Origin: Barthelona sp. PCE
Lineage: Eukaryota
Length of the DNA: 64,000 nucleotides
NCBI GenBank assembly: GCA_040285745.1
Contig: JAUFOR010000003.1
Coordinates: 744,001-808,000, forward strand
Direction: 5' to 3'
Numbering within the stretch: position 1 is the first letter of the stretch; each line of letters starts with the position of its first letter. A model generated the notes under the pieces. The model searched no databases. It had not been told where the DNA came from and was given only the letters and a program-made list of their open reading frames with translations. Position numbers and translations under genes: made by a program. This document shows, piece by piece, positions 51,713 through 61,388 of this stretch.

Positions 51713-53083
51713 CTAGGCTAAACACTTCTCAAAGAAGTTGTCCAGGGTCTTTCTCATGAGAACAAGGTCCTGGTGATCCTTTTCATTAGAAGCATACAAA
51801 GGAGCACAGTGAGCGGTATCTACCTGACCAACATTGTAGTGCTGACCGTGAGTGGGACCAATACCAAGACGTCTCCAAGGATCTAAGAGACCCTGTGTGA
51901 AGAAAACCTTCTCAGAAACGTTCTCGGGGTTGAGACCCTTATAGTAATCGTTGGTATCCTTAATATTAGGGAGCTTTCCATAAGCCTGCTCACATAAAGT
52001 GTGGAACCAGGGCAGATCGAGGTTGGGCCATGTGGGGATTCCCTCACCGACCTTGAAGTAACCAAATTCGTTACACTTCTGGTAGAACCAGAGGCGAGAC
52101 GTATCTTCGTTATCAAGTAGCTGTGTGAGGACGTCGACGTCAGCGCACTCGCCCTCGGCGGCACCGAGATCGGCACGAACGCGTTCAATCATATAATCAG
52201 TTGCGGATTCAGCGTTGCAGATTCCGTCGCAGTAAGCGAACTGAGGGTACTTGGGAGAGGATGCGTACTGGATAGGTCCAGCGACGCCATCGGAAGCAGC
52301 GTACCAGAAGGACATCTTGTCTTGGACAGGGTGACATGTGTTGAACTTGGCGTTGAGGGTTTCGATGTCCATTGACTGAATCTCCTTCATAGCAAGTGCG
52401 GTGGACTCGTGGCAGCATGGGTAGTAGCCATCAATGAGGAGAAGGGACTCGTCAATCTGTTCACCGTACTCAAAGTAGTTGTCCTTAGCTTCAACAGGAC
52501 CGGAGGCGGAAAGGGTGCAGTCAAAGACGTCGGGGTGTTTCTCAACGATCCAGGCGGCAAGGTTTCCGGGGTAGGAACCACCAAAGGCAGCAATCTTACC
52601 CTTGTGGATGGTCTTAAGGTACTGAGCGAACTTTGCGAGATCACGGACAGCCTGCTTTGAGGTCAGATAGTGTAAGTTGTGGGTAGCATAGTCCTCAAAG
52701 GGAGTAGATTTACCATAGTATCTGTGCTCGAGATCGTAGAGAGCAACATCGCCGAGTTTGCGAGCAAGCTCGTACATATAGCCCTGCTGGACCCATCTAT
52801 CAGACTCAGGAGCCTCACCACCAATCTGGATGAAAATGGTACACTCATCAGTCTTGCAAAACTCGAGGTTGGAGTAATAGCGTTGCTTAAAAGTACGCTG
52901 ATCTTGATCATCGAGATGGTCAAGAGTTTGGTCAAACCATAGGGTGTTGACGTTGGGGTTGTCGTCGTTAGCTGTCTCAGCATCGTTGAAGATGTTTTGT
53001 TGGAAGCGTTCATAGTCTGTCTTGAGCGCAGAGCTGGCGACTAAGAGAACAGCTAAGATAAGTGCAAGCTTCGAAACGTTCAT
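51713..53083 (-). CDS. Serine carboxypeptidase family S28 (PRCP/PRSS16-like), secreted
   Basis: Signal peptide; WFDQTLDH, LEHRYYGKS, GGSYPG nucleophile, WFYQKCNEFGYF, DPW, AHC. Confidence 0.95.
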   Translation of the reverse strand: MNVSKLALILAVLLVASSALKTDYERFQQNIFNDAETANDDNPNVNTLWFDQTLDHLDDQDQRTFKQRYYSNLEFCKTDECTIFIQIGGEAPESDRWVQQGYMYELARKLGDVALYDLEHRYYGKSTPFEDYATHNLHYLTSKQAVRDLAKFAQYLKTIHKGKIAAFGGSYPGNLAAWIVEKHPDVFDCTLSASGPVEAKDNYFEYGEQIDESLLLIDGYYPCCHESTALAMKEIQSMDIETLNAKFNTCHPVQDKMSFWYAASDGVAGPIQYASSPKYPQFAYCDGICNAESATDYMIERVRADLGAAEGECADVDVLTQLLDNEDTSRLWFYQKCNEFGYFKVGEGIPTWPNLDLPWFHTLCEQAYGKLPNIKDTNDYYKGLNPENVSEKVFFTQGLLDPWRRLGIGPTHGQHYNVGQVDTAHCAPLYASNEKDHQDLVLMRKTLDNFFEKCLA

Positions 53084-53399
53084 TTGTAAACGATAAGAAA
53101 GAAGGATAAAAGAAAGGGATATCTAAGCTTATACAGCTTTCATACCTTTACGACCACTCAATCCTTTCATATGAAGGTGTTTTTGTTTGTGTTACCAGAG
53201 ACATTTTGCAAAAAGCGTTAGTTTTAATGGTGGGTATTTGCCTGACTTTTTTTCTTTCCTTTTTTTTCAGTGTTGAGGGTATAGATTGTGCATAAAAGCA
53301 CCAATATAAACGAATAATGTGTTTCAATAGCATTTTTGGAAATTGGAGAATTCAAATTTGAATTCCGTTTTCTTTCCCTTTCCTTTATATTCTTTTTTA

Positions 53400-53924
53400 A
53401 TGCGAAGTGGGCGGACCAAAGTCAAGCGTAGAATATATCTACGACCCAAACACATGAAAAATGCACGATATTCGATTGAAGCGTGTCCTAACCCTGTGGA
53501 TTCATGTCACAGCGCACTTTTCATCGATAACAGTCCAGTTGCAGGGTTCGGTGTCTTTGCTCAGGCAACTATTAAGCCTGGAACATTTGTTTGTGAATAT
53601 TCTGGTGAATTTCTCGATGAAGATGAAGCAGTTTTCCGAGAGGACAATGTTTACTCGCTTAATTCAGATTTTTACTTGTTTTTTGTTGATTACAAACGTA
53701 AAACATACGCTATAGATCCAACTGTTGGTGATGAGACTAAATGGGGAAAGGCGAAATACATAAACCACTCTAGACTGAACCCCAATTGCGAGGTGCATCG
53801 TGTCATTGTCAATAATAGACCTCATCTGGCGATCATATCTATCAGGCAAATCGATGAAGGCGAAGAACTTAAATTCGATTATGGTGATACTGCTGTCGAC
53901 TGTGATTGGCTCAGGAATACGTAA
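53400..53924 (+). CDS. SET-domain lysine methyltransferase, SET8/KMT5A-like
   Basis: GFGVFA, FVCEYSGE, YINHS, EELKFDYGD and terminal WL as in SET8. First ATG is 53400. Confidence 0.88.
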   Translation: MRSGRTKVKRRIYLRPKHMKNARYSIEACPNPVDSCHSALFIDNSPVAGFGVFAQATIKPGTFVCEYSGEFLDEDEAVFREDNVYSLNSDFYLFFVDYKRKTYAIDPTVGDETKWGKAKYINHSRLNPNCEVHRVIVNNRPHLAIISIRQIDEGEELKFDYGDTAVDCDWLRNT

Positions 53925-53964
53925 TTATTTACAATATAGACAGATAAAAAACAATAGATGGGTT

Positions 53965-54684
53965 CTATGAAGAGGAATCTTCAGGAGCAGTGGGAGATGG
54001 TGTCACTTGTGGATATGTGATCAGCGGTTGTTGTAGATCATTAGGCATATCTTCCGTATCGTTTAATAAACCTTCTTGACGATCAAGTTCATCGGCTTTA
54101 GCACCAGCTTCTGTAAATGAGCTCTTAATCTCTCCTCCTACATAGCTTACACCCTGTCCAGCGGCATTAACTACCTCTGCAACACTCTCATTCTCCATTA
54201 CACGGTTTGTGGCTACCTTTACCACTTCGACGGTCTTCTTACCAATGCCACTGAGAAATGCACCGATTCCTGTTTTTTCCTCGACTTTGGAGAGGCCAAC
54301 ACCAACCGATTCAACGGCGGATTTGGCTTTCTGGGTGACATGCACCTTTGTGTCGATGTTATCATAAGCCTGGCCAATAGATTCTTTCATTCTTCGGCCA
54401 AAGCGTACAGCTCCAACAAGGCCCTTCATGAAAATACCGTTATTGTTCTCAAAGTCAGTATCTTCTGGTAGCTCAACAGTAATGATTGTATCAACCAAAA
54501 CAAAGCCGCTAAAGTTCATGGCGGAAAGCGCTGATTCCTGTGATTGGAATTCAACGAGAGCTTTACGCTCCTCCTCAGAGTTTAAAACAGTTACATTTGT
54601 AATATCGCCGCATGAGCTAAAAAACTCATGAATCATGGATTCTGTCACAGATGATGAAACGTTCCTTACTAATATTGTGTTCAT
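53965..54684 (-). CDS. RRM-domain protein with helical C-terminal region
   Basis: ILVRNVS (RNP2), EFFSSCGDI, ALVEFQ (RNP1-like). ATG 54684 avoids overlap with RPC40. Confidence 0.85.
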   Translation of the reverse strand: MNTILVRNVSSSVTESMIHEFFSSCGDITNVTVLNSEEERKALVEFQSQESALSAMNFSGFVLVDTIITVELPEDTDFENNNGIFMKGLVGAVRFGRRMKESIGQAYDNIDTKVHVTQKAKSAVESVGVGLSKVEEKTGIGAFLSGIGKKTVEVVKVATNRVMENESVAEVVNAAGQGVSYVGGEIKSSFTEAGAKADELDRQEGLLNDTEDMPNDLQQPLITYPQVTPSPTAPEDSSS

Positions 54685-54727
54685 ATTAGATGAATAAAGT
54701 AGTTTTGAGAAAAACACCCTCTCTTTC

Positions 54728-56029
54728 ATGGAATCTACAGATAAATTTTCACACGTAAAGGAACAGCGTGACTTCGCGACGCTGGAGGTACTCCAAGTCA
54801 AGAACGTTAATCAGCTTTCAAGTCCACAAACATACGCTCCTGCAGGTTTCACAGATACCCAGACCATTCAGGAAATCGCCGATAACGTTGAGTTCATCTT
54901 TTCAGAGAACTCTATATCGGAAGATAAGACCACAATGACTTTCGATTGTAAGAATCTTCCAGTTGAATTTGCCAATGCTTTCCGTCGCATTATGATCGCA
55001 GAGGTCCCCACCATGGCTATCGATAGGGTTTTGGTTGCTCAGAACACATCAGTTATGCAGGATGAAGTTTTGGCACACCGTCTGGGTCTTATTCCCATTA
55101 TTTTACACGACTATGACCTCGCAAAGTTCGAGCAGTTGGATGATCTTGACATCCTTGAGGTCGACGATCACCCACCAACTGATGATCCAATTGAGGAGCC
55201 TGAAGTCACCCTCAAGTTTGAATTAGAGGTCATTTGCACTGAATACACACCAGAGGAGCGCGAAAACATCACCTTGAACGAGTATCAGAAGACACAGAAG
55301 TCACTCCAATACAAGGATGGTATCATCTTCTCCAGTCAGCTGCGATGGATTCCTATAGAGGGACAGGAGGATGATTTCGTTCAACAGAGATACGAGTACA
55401 ACATTAATAATCACAGTTTTGACAGGCTAGAGATCGATGAAGAGGATCATGGTAAGACTATTATTGAAATTCCTCCAGATATTCCCATTCTCAAGTTACG
55501 TCCTGGTAACTGTGTTGCTCTTGATCTTTTTGCCTATAAGGGAGTTGGTAAGATTCACACAAAGTGGAGCCCTGTGTGCCCCGCCGCTTACCGTCTCATG
55601 CCTCGTATTCTTGTTAAGGAAGATGCTGATATTTCCAGTGATGAAGTCGATGCTATTGTTGACAAGTGCAAGCAAAATATTTTTGTGGCAAAGAACGGGC
55701 GTCTCGTTGTCGATGAGGAGCAGATGAGGTTCTGTACTTCATGTCGTGAATGCATTAGGTTAGCTCCAGAGAGCATCATTCTGCAGAAAGACAAGAACCA
55801 CTACATCTATTCGATTGAGACAGTTGGCCAACTCGAATGCGCTGAGATATTCAAGCAGTCCATTGGTGTGCTGAAGGAGAAGGCCAGTGTATTGAAGGAT
55901 CGTCTCTCCAATATTATTGACGGTACTCCAGAAGATGAAGAAGAAGAAACGGAATACTCAAATAGAGAGTATTCGAGCAGGGAATATTCCTCCAGAGAGA
56001 ATTACAGTGATGGTGAGGAAGATGTCTAA
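54728..56029 (+). CDS. POLR1C: RNA polymerase I/III shared subunit AC40
   Basis: FANAFRRIMIAEVPTMAI, QNTSVMQDEVLAHRLGLIP, GKIHTKWSPV..YRLMP, CTSCRECIR. Confidence 0.96.
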   Translation: MESTDKFSHVKEQRDFATLEVLQVKNVNQLSSPQTYAPAGFTDTQTIQEIADNVEFIFSENSISEDKTTMTFDCKNLPVEFANAFRRIMIAEVPTMAIDRVLVAQNTSVMQDEVLAHRLGLIPIILHDYDLAKFEQLDDLDILEVDDHPPTDDPIEEPEVTLKFELEVICTEYTPEERENITLNEYQKTQKSLQYKDGIIFSSQLRWIPIEGQEDDFVQQRYEYNINNHSFDRLEIDEEDHGKTIIEIPPDIPILKLRPGNCVALDLFAYKGVGKIHTKWSPVCPAAYRLMPRILVKEDADISSDEVDAIVDKCKQNIFVAKNGRLVVDEEQMRFCTSCRECIRLAPESIILQKDKNHYIYSIETVGQLECAEIFKQSIGVLKEKASVLKDRLSNIIDGTPEDEEEETEYSNREYSSREYSSRENYSDGEEDV

Positions 56030-56071
56030 TGACAAAATCAAATAAATGAAAAATAAACTTTTTTACACAAA

Positions 56072-56926
56072 CTAGCGGTTACGAATCTGTTTAAAAGTAG
56101 CATTCACAATCAAGGGACCCATCTTAATATCTGTCATGATTTCCTCAAAGTCCTTAGCCAGCTGCAAGGATTTAAACTGCATAAAAGCAAACTCACGGAA
56201 CTCCCTGGTATCAGGCTTCCTAGGTACAGTAACCTTATCGATAAAGTTGCTCTTACTGTATCCGTACAGCCTTCTAATATCCTCAGGGTCAGTGTATTGA
56301 CGTGGGTTGATGAGTTCATGCCTGGGATAGTGGTTTCTGTAATACTTTGGATTGTTGAAGAAAATGTTGATTGCTGGTCTAAATATACGCAGCATAACCT
56401 CGTCACGGCTGAAGCCCTCAGGAAGAGGTGCAATACGGAGGGTACGCTTCTCCTCATCCAAACTGAATTGAGATGTGTAGGATTTGTGAGCCCTTGAAGC
56501 GGCAAAGGTTTGCTTCTGCTGGCGCTTCTCGATGATGTCTCTGGGACAGAGGTGGGTGTAGTGCGCTTGTCCACATGTTCCGCAAGTAACACGAACTTGT
56601 GAAGGCATAATCTGCGAAATACGAAGGTTAATCTTAACATCAGGTTGGAACTGAACCTGTGCTCCTGCGCTCAAGCCCGAGTGAGTACCAAAGCCCCATT
56701 CTAATTGAGAACGTCTGACAACTTCAGGGTTTGTGTAATAGAACCTCTGATATGTGTTATAAAGTGCTGTTTGCTAAATGTGAGAGTGCCATGAACGACA
56801 ATATCATACTTTTGCGAGGGTAGGTGTACCATCATCTGAAAACTTAGGCTTGTATGTTGTAACGAGAGAAAAGCCTTCATCCAACTGCTCAATTTCCTTC
56901 TCGGGGATTGGGAGTGGGAATTCCAT
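56072..56926 (-). CDS. EIF3G: Translation initiation factor eIF3 subunit g; 2 exons 56810-56926 and 56072-56773
   Basis: Zinc knuckle CGTCGQAHYTHLCP followed by an RRM (REFAFMQF). Spliced product 272 aa. Confidence 0.82.
56774..56809 (-). other. Spliceosomal intron, 36 nt (eIF3g)
   Basis: GTATGA...TCTCACATTTAG; 3n length with an in-frame TGA; removal gives a continuous ORF. Confidence 0.88.
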
Positions 56927-57136
56927 TGCTACTTATTAAGAAAAGGTTAAAGAAAAAGACTCTGAAATAAAAACCATAGTTGTGCTTTACTTTGCTGTCT
57001 TTGACACGACAGGTACATTGATGGAGGCACACATACCTTGTCCAAGTAAGTAAAAAGGTGTTGATATACTTTTATAACTAGTTTTTACTTAGAATTGCAT
57101 TTATTCTCCTTTTTTTATTGACTATTTCATTCACAG

Positions 57137-58264
57137 ATGGCTTATAATCGCAACAGAGATAACTCCGATCAAGGACGTAGAGGTGGACGTAATGAACGCT
57201 ACGGAAAGGATAATCGTTACAACAAAGACAGCCGTGGTGGAAGAGATGATCGCAGAGACAGCCGTGGAGGCCGTGACAACCGCAGAGAAGGCGAACAAGG
57301 TGGCCGTTACGAACGTCGCGATGATCGTCGTGATGATCGTCGTGGTGGATTCCGTGGCGGTTCCAGAGGTGGTTCCAGAGGTGGTCCTCGTGGCGGTGGC
57401 CGTGGTGGTCGTGACGATCGCAGAGGTGGCCGTGATGACCGTAGAGGTGGTCGTGATAACCGTAGAGGTGGCCGTGATGACCGTAGAGGTGGTCGCGATA
57501 ACCGTGGTGGCTTTAAGAAGTCAGGTCGTAGCAAGATTGAACCCTTCCGTTACCCCGGTGTTTTCATCAAGCAGGCTATGAGCAACCGTGAGGAAGAGCA
57601 TTTGCTTACTCTCAACATGGTCCCAGGTGTTTCTGTTTACCAAGAGAAGCGCGTCTCCCAGGAGCAGAACGACGAAAAGGTCGAGTACCGTGAGTGGAAC
57701 CCTTACCGTTCCAAGCTTGGTGCCGCTGCTGTCAAGGGTGTTTCTAATCTTTACATTGAACCTGGTACAAACCTCCTTTACTTAGGTGCCGCTAATGGTA
57801 CCACTGTTTCACATTGTTCCGATATTGTTGGCGCTGATGGTGTCATCTATGCCGTTGAGTTTTCGACCAGGTCGGGCCGTGATTTGTTGAACGTTGCTTC
57901 CAAGCGTGATAACATTGTTCCTCTCGTCGAGGATGCTAGACACCCTCATAAGTACCGTACAATGGTTGGTATGTGCGATACTATCTTTTCAGATGTCGCC
58001 CAACCCGATCAGGCACGTATTTGTGCAGTGAATGCTCAGTATTTCTTAAAGAACGGTGGTTATCTTGTTATGAGCGTTAAGGCTGATTGTATTGACTCCA
58101 CAGTCGACTCTTCTGTTGTCGTTGCTAACCAGATTGATATCCTTCGAGAGGAAGGTTTCGAACATCTGGAACACATTTCTCTTGAGCCTTTTGAGAGAAA
58201 CCACACTTGTATTTTTGCCAGATACCGTCCTCAGACTGCTAAGGCAAAGAACGAAGACTTCTAA
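57137..58264 (+). CDS. FBL: Fibrillarin (rRNA 2'-O-methyltransferase)
   Basis: GAR domain, EYREWNPYRSKL, LYLGAANGTTVSHCSD, YAVEFS, DVAQPDQARI. Confidence 0.98.
   Translation: MAYNRNRDNSDQGRRGGRNERYGKDNRYNKDSRGGRDDRRDSRGGRDNRREGEQGGRYERRDDRRDDRRGGFRGGSRGGSRGGPRGGGRGGRDDRRGGRDDRRGGRDNRRGGRDDRRGGRDNRGGFKKSGRSKIEPFRYPGVFIKQAMSNREEEHLLTLNMVPGVSVYQEKRVSQEQNDEKVEYREWNPYRSKLGAAAVKGVSNLYIEPGTNLLYLGAANGTTVSHCSDIVGADGVIYAVEFSTRSGRDLLNVASKRDNIVPLVEDARHPHKYRTMVGMCDTIFSDVAQPDQARICAVNAQYFLKNGGYLVMSVKADCIDSTVDSSVVVANQIDILREEGFEHLEHISLEPFERNHTCIFARYRPQTAKAKNEDF
57410..57511 (+). repeat. 21-nt coding tandem repeat (RDD/NRRGG x~5) in the fibrillarin GAR domain
   Basis: CGTGAYRAYCGYAGAGGTGGY units at 57410, 57431, 57452 and 57473, plus a partial unit at 57494. 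Confidence 0.9.
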
Positions 58265-58312
58265 ATAAACAAACATGGTTTTAAGTTTCGATTCCTTTTC
58301 ACAAGACTTATA

Positions 58313-60757
58313 ATGTCTTCCGATGCTAACCCAACAACAATTTTACCCATGGTACAGGAGTTCCTGTATGATTTTCTTCAAAATTTTAAGCTAGATCCAG
58401 AAAATGAAGTACCACACTATTTTCGTTTGTTAAACAAGATGTATAATACTAATTCAACATCGATACCAGTGGATTTCGCACACATTCAACAGTTCGTTGA
58501 AGAAAGAAACGATTTGGGTGGGGCAGTAGATTTTAACATCGTTTTGCAGCTTATACTATCAAGAACATATTTTATTCTGGAGGCAATGAACGAGGCGGTC
58601 TTCGACTTCGTTTCTTCACACTTTCCGCAATACACAAGGTATAATGATTCCGTTAAAAAACAGTTTTTCATGCGCATCCGTTACACCGCTTCACTAAGCA
58701 CACTACGTGATTTACGGTGCTCGGACATCGGGTCCCTGATCACAGTAACGGGTACAATCACAAGAACAACAGCGATTAAACCGGAACTATTGAAGGGCAC
58801 TTTCCAGTGTGACAAGTGTCTTGAAGCAAATCCACCAAGGCAAACGATCATCCGTAACATCAACCAGATGCTCTATTTCACAGAGCCAGCAGCCTGCACA
58901 GAGGCAAATTGTCAGAACAGAACGAAGTTCACCCTTTTGCATGAGGATTGCGTGTTTGTTGACTCTCAAAAGATGTTTATTCAGGAATCACCCGACTCAA
59001 TCCCGCCAGGAACGCTCCCACGTACGTTTACAATCCACTTGCGTGGTGATCTTGTGGACTACTGTAAGGCAGGTGATCGCGTAATGATAACTGGAATCCT
59101 GGTTGCTGTTCCCGACATGGCGACGGCGCTCTCGTCGAGGTACAGCAGGTCAATGCGTAGGCGGGCGACAGAGGGCGTGCAGGGTGTCAGCGGTCTCGTT
59201 GGTACCCGTGTTCGTGATCTCAGTTTTGATTTGAGTATCTTAGGCTTGAATATATCAACACAGACGAAGGAAACCGAGGCCACGTGGACCCGACTGTCTA
59301 ACGATATGACGGCAGACGATATCCTTGAGCAGTTGAGCGTAGCTGACAAGGAGCGTCTGGTGAGCCTGGCGCTCTCACGCGATATTTACTCTCAGCTTTC
59401 AAACTCCATATGTCCACGTGTCTTTGGTCACGACGACATCAAACGTGGTGTCCTCCTGATGTTGTTGGGAGGCGTCCATAAACGCACCCCAGACGGTAGC
59501 ATCTCGTTGAGAGGCGACATGAACGTGTTGATCGTTGGAGATCCCAGTGTCGCCAAGTCCCAATTCCTTAAATGGGTGGCGGACTTTATGCCAAGAACGG
59601 TGTACACAAGCGGAAAAGCATCAACAGCTGCGGGTCTCACAGCTGCTGTTGTCAAGGATTCGTTCACTGGCGAATGGGGAATTGAGGCAGGTGCTCTCAT
59701 GTTGGCGGATAACGGCGTGTGCTGCATCGACGAATTCGAAAAGATGTCCACTCTTGATCAGTCGGCAATCCACGAGGCGATGGAGCAGCAGTCAATATCG
59801 ATCACAAAGGCAGGTATTAAGGCGACCCTCAACGCGAGGACGTCGATACTGGCAGCTGCTAACCCAATCGGAGGTCGATACAACAGGCACACATCGCTGA
59901 AGCGTAACCTTTCGCTCAGTGAAGCAATTTTGTCGCGTTTTGATCTGATTTTCACAGTTCTCGACGAAGGAAACACTGTACTTGACCGCAGTATTGCAAA
60001 CCACATTGTAGCCATACATAGACATGAGGAAAACGCAGTGGCGCCCCCCATCTCGCAGAGTGATCTTCTCATGTACATTTTGTATGCCCGCACAATCAAG
60101 CCACTGTTTACAATGGAGGCATCCGCCAAGCTGCGGGACAAGTACAGGGATCTGAGGAGCAGCCGCCACTCAAACCTTCAGTCTAAGTTCAATGTTACAG
60201 TGCGGCAGTTGGAGGCCATGATGCGACTCAGTGAAGCACTGGCGAGAGTCCGTTTTTCGAGCACAGTCCAACCTTCAGACGTGGATGAGGCTGCCCGACT
60301 CATAACTGCTGCAAACAGTGGCACATCGACACACCAAGCACCGCCTATTTCATTAGTGTTTGATGCTCAGCGTAACAGGGATGCAATCCGTTATATCGAG
60401 AATAACATGGACAGAGAGCACGAGGAGGTAAATGTGCTTCCGAATATATCGTATGATGAGTATCAAATGGTGAAGACGATTGTTATCGATTTTGTCAGTT
60501 TAGAGGCGAACCGGGATGGTGTCATCGTAAGTGCGTTACTCAACCACGTCGTGGGGTACATGGTTCAACAGAATTTGATTGATTCTGATAATCTTGAAGA
60601 AAAATTGAAAAATGTCATTCTCATTTTCCAAAAGCTCATGGATGAGAGCTCTCTGCTCGTTATCAATCAGGAGACCATCACAGATGACGATTCGCCAGCT
60701 GAGAGACAGAGAAAAACACTTTCAGCTACAGTTATCATTCATCAACAGGCTATATAG
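58313..60757 (+). CDS. MCM6: DNA replication licensing factor MCM6
   Basis: LMLLGGVHK, GDPSVAKSQFL, YTSGKASTAAGLTAAVVKD, IEAGALMLADNGVCCIDEF, SRFD. Confidence 0.96.
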   Translation: MSSDANPTTILPMVQEFLYDFLQNFKLDPENEVPHYFRLLNKMYNTNSTSIPVDFAHIQQFVEERNDLGGAVDFNIVLQLILSRTYFILEAMNEAVFDFVSSHFPQYTRYNDSVKKQFFMRIRYTASLSTLRDLRCSDIGSLITVTGTITRTTAIKPELLKGTFQCDKCLEANPPRQTIIRNINQMLYFTEPAACTEANCQNRTKFTLLHEDCVFVDSQKMFIQESPDSIPPGTLPRTFTIHLRGDLVDYCKAGDRVMITGILVAVPDMATALSSRYSRSMRRRATEGVQGVSGLVGTRVRDLSFDLSILGLNISTQTKETEATWTRLSNDMTADDILEQLSVADKERLVSLALSRDIYSQLSNSICPRVFGHDDIKRGVLLMLLGGVHKRTPDGSISLRGDMNVLIVGDPSVAKSQFLKWVADFMPRTVYTSGKASTAAGLTAAVVKDSFTGEWGIEAGALMLADNGVCCIDEFEKMSTLDQSAIHEAMEQQSISITKAGIKATLNARTSILAAANPIGGRYNRHTSLKRNLSLSEAILSRFDLIFTVLDEGNTVLDRSIANHIVAIHRHEENAVAPPISQSDLLMYILYARTIKPLFTMEASAKLRDKYRDLRSSRHSNLQSKFNVTVRQLEAMMRLSEALARVRFSSTVQPSDVDEAARLITAANSGTSTHQAPPISLVFDAQRNRDAIRYIENNMDREHEEVNVLPNISYDEYQMVKTIVIDFVSLEANRDGVIVSALLNHVVGYMVQQNLIDSDNLEEKLKNVILIFQKLMDESSLLVINQETITDDDSPAERQRKTLSATVIIHQQAI

Positions 60758-60780
60758 AAGTAAAAAAAAAGTGATCGTGT

Positions 60781-61388
60781 TTATTCGTCCTTTGTAGCAC
60801 CACCCTTGTAATTAGTAGTCTGATAGTACATGGACATGTCGTCATCCTCTTCATCACTGAATGACTCCATGGGAATGTCGTATCTGTGTTCTTGAGCGGC
60901 AATCTTCTCAACTTCCTCTTCCTCTTCTTCAGAATCTTCTTCATTAGTTTCCCATAAGACAGCGTTCTCTAGCTTGGCGGCGTTGGAGTCTTCCTCCTCA
61001 TCACCCCAGAACTTTGGCATTTGACCCTCCTTCTGTAATTGAGCATACTCATGAGGGTAATATTTGTGGACAACATCAGGAATATCCTCGAGATCGAATT
61101 CACGCAGAGCAACGATAACAAGATCATCTGGTTGGATACGGGCACGTGTAAGCTTGCCTCTAATATGGCATCGTCGAGTTGTACCATCATCTAAAACAAC
61201 TTGTACATTTCCTGAACCAAAGACCTTAAGGATCTTTCCATAATCTAAATGTGAGAATACTCAACCCAAGAATGATAATATATACGTTCATTGTCGTGCT
61301 TGTATTCAAGCTCTCTTTGTGCCCCGGCATAACGGCGACCACCGCCCTTTTTCTTTCCTTTGGAACCACCACGTCCTTTCTTTGGCAT
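60781..61388 (-). CDS. EIF1A: Translation initiation factor eIF1A; 2 exons 61286-61388 and 60781-61244
   Basis: MPKKGRGGSKGKKK..RELEYK..YGKILKVFGSG..RRCHIRGKL..DLVIVALREF..HKY, then an acidic tail. Spliced product 188 aa. Confidence 0.93.
61245..61285 (-). other. Spliceosomal intron, 41 nt (eIF1A)
   Basis: GTATAT...TCTCACATTTAG; phase 1; removal restores the eIF1A frame. Confidence 0.92.

Noticed and set aside
57410-57511. Tandem repeat as a CRISPR-like array
   Set aside because: No spacers; it is in-frame coding sequence of the GAR domain.
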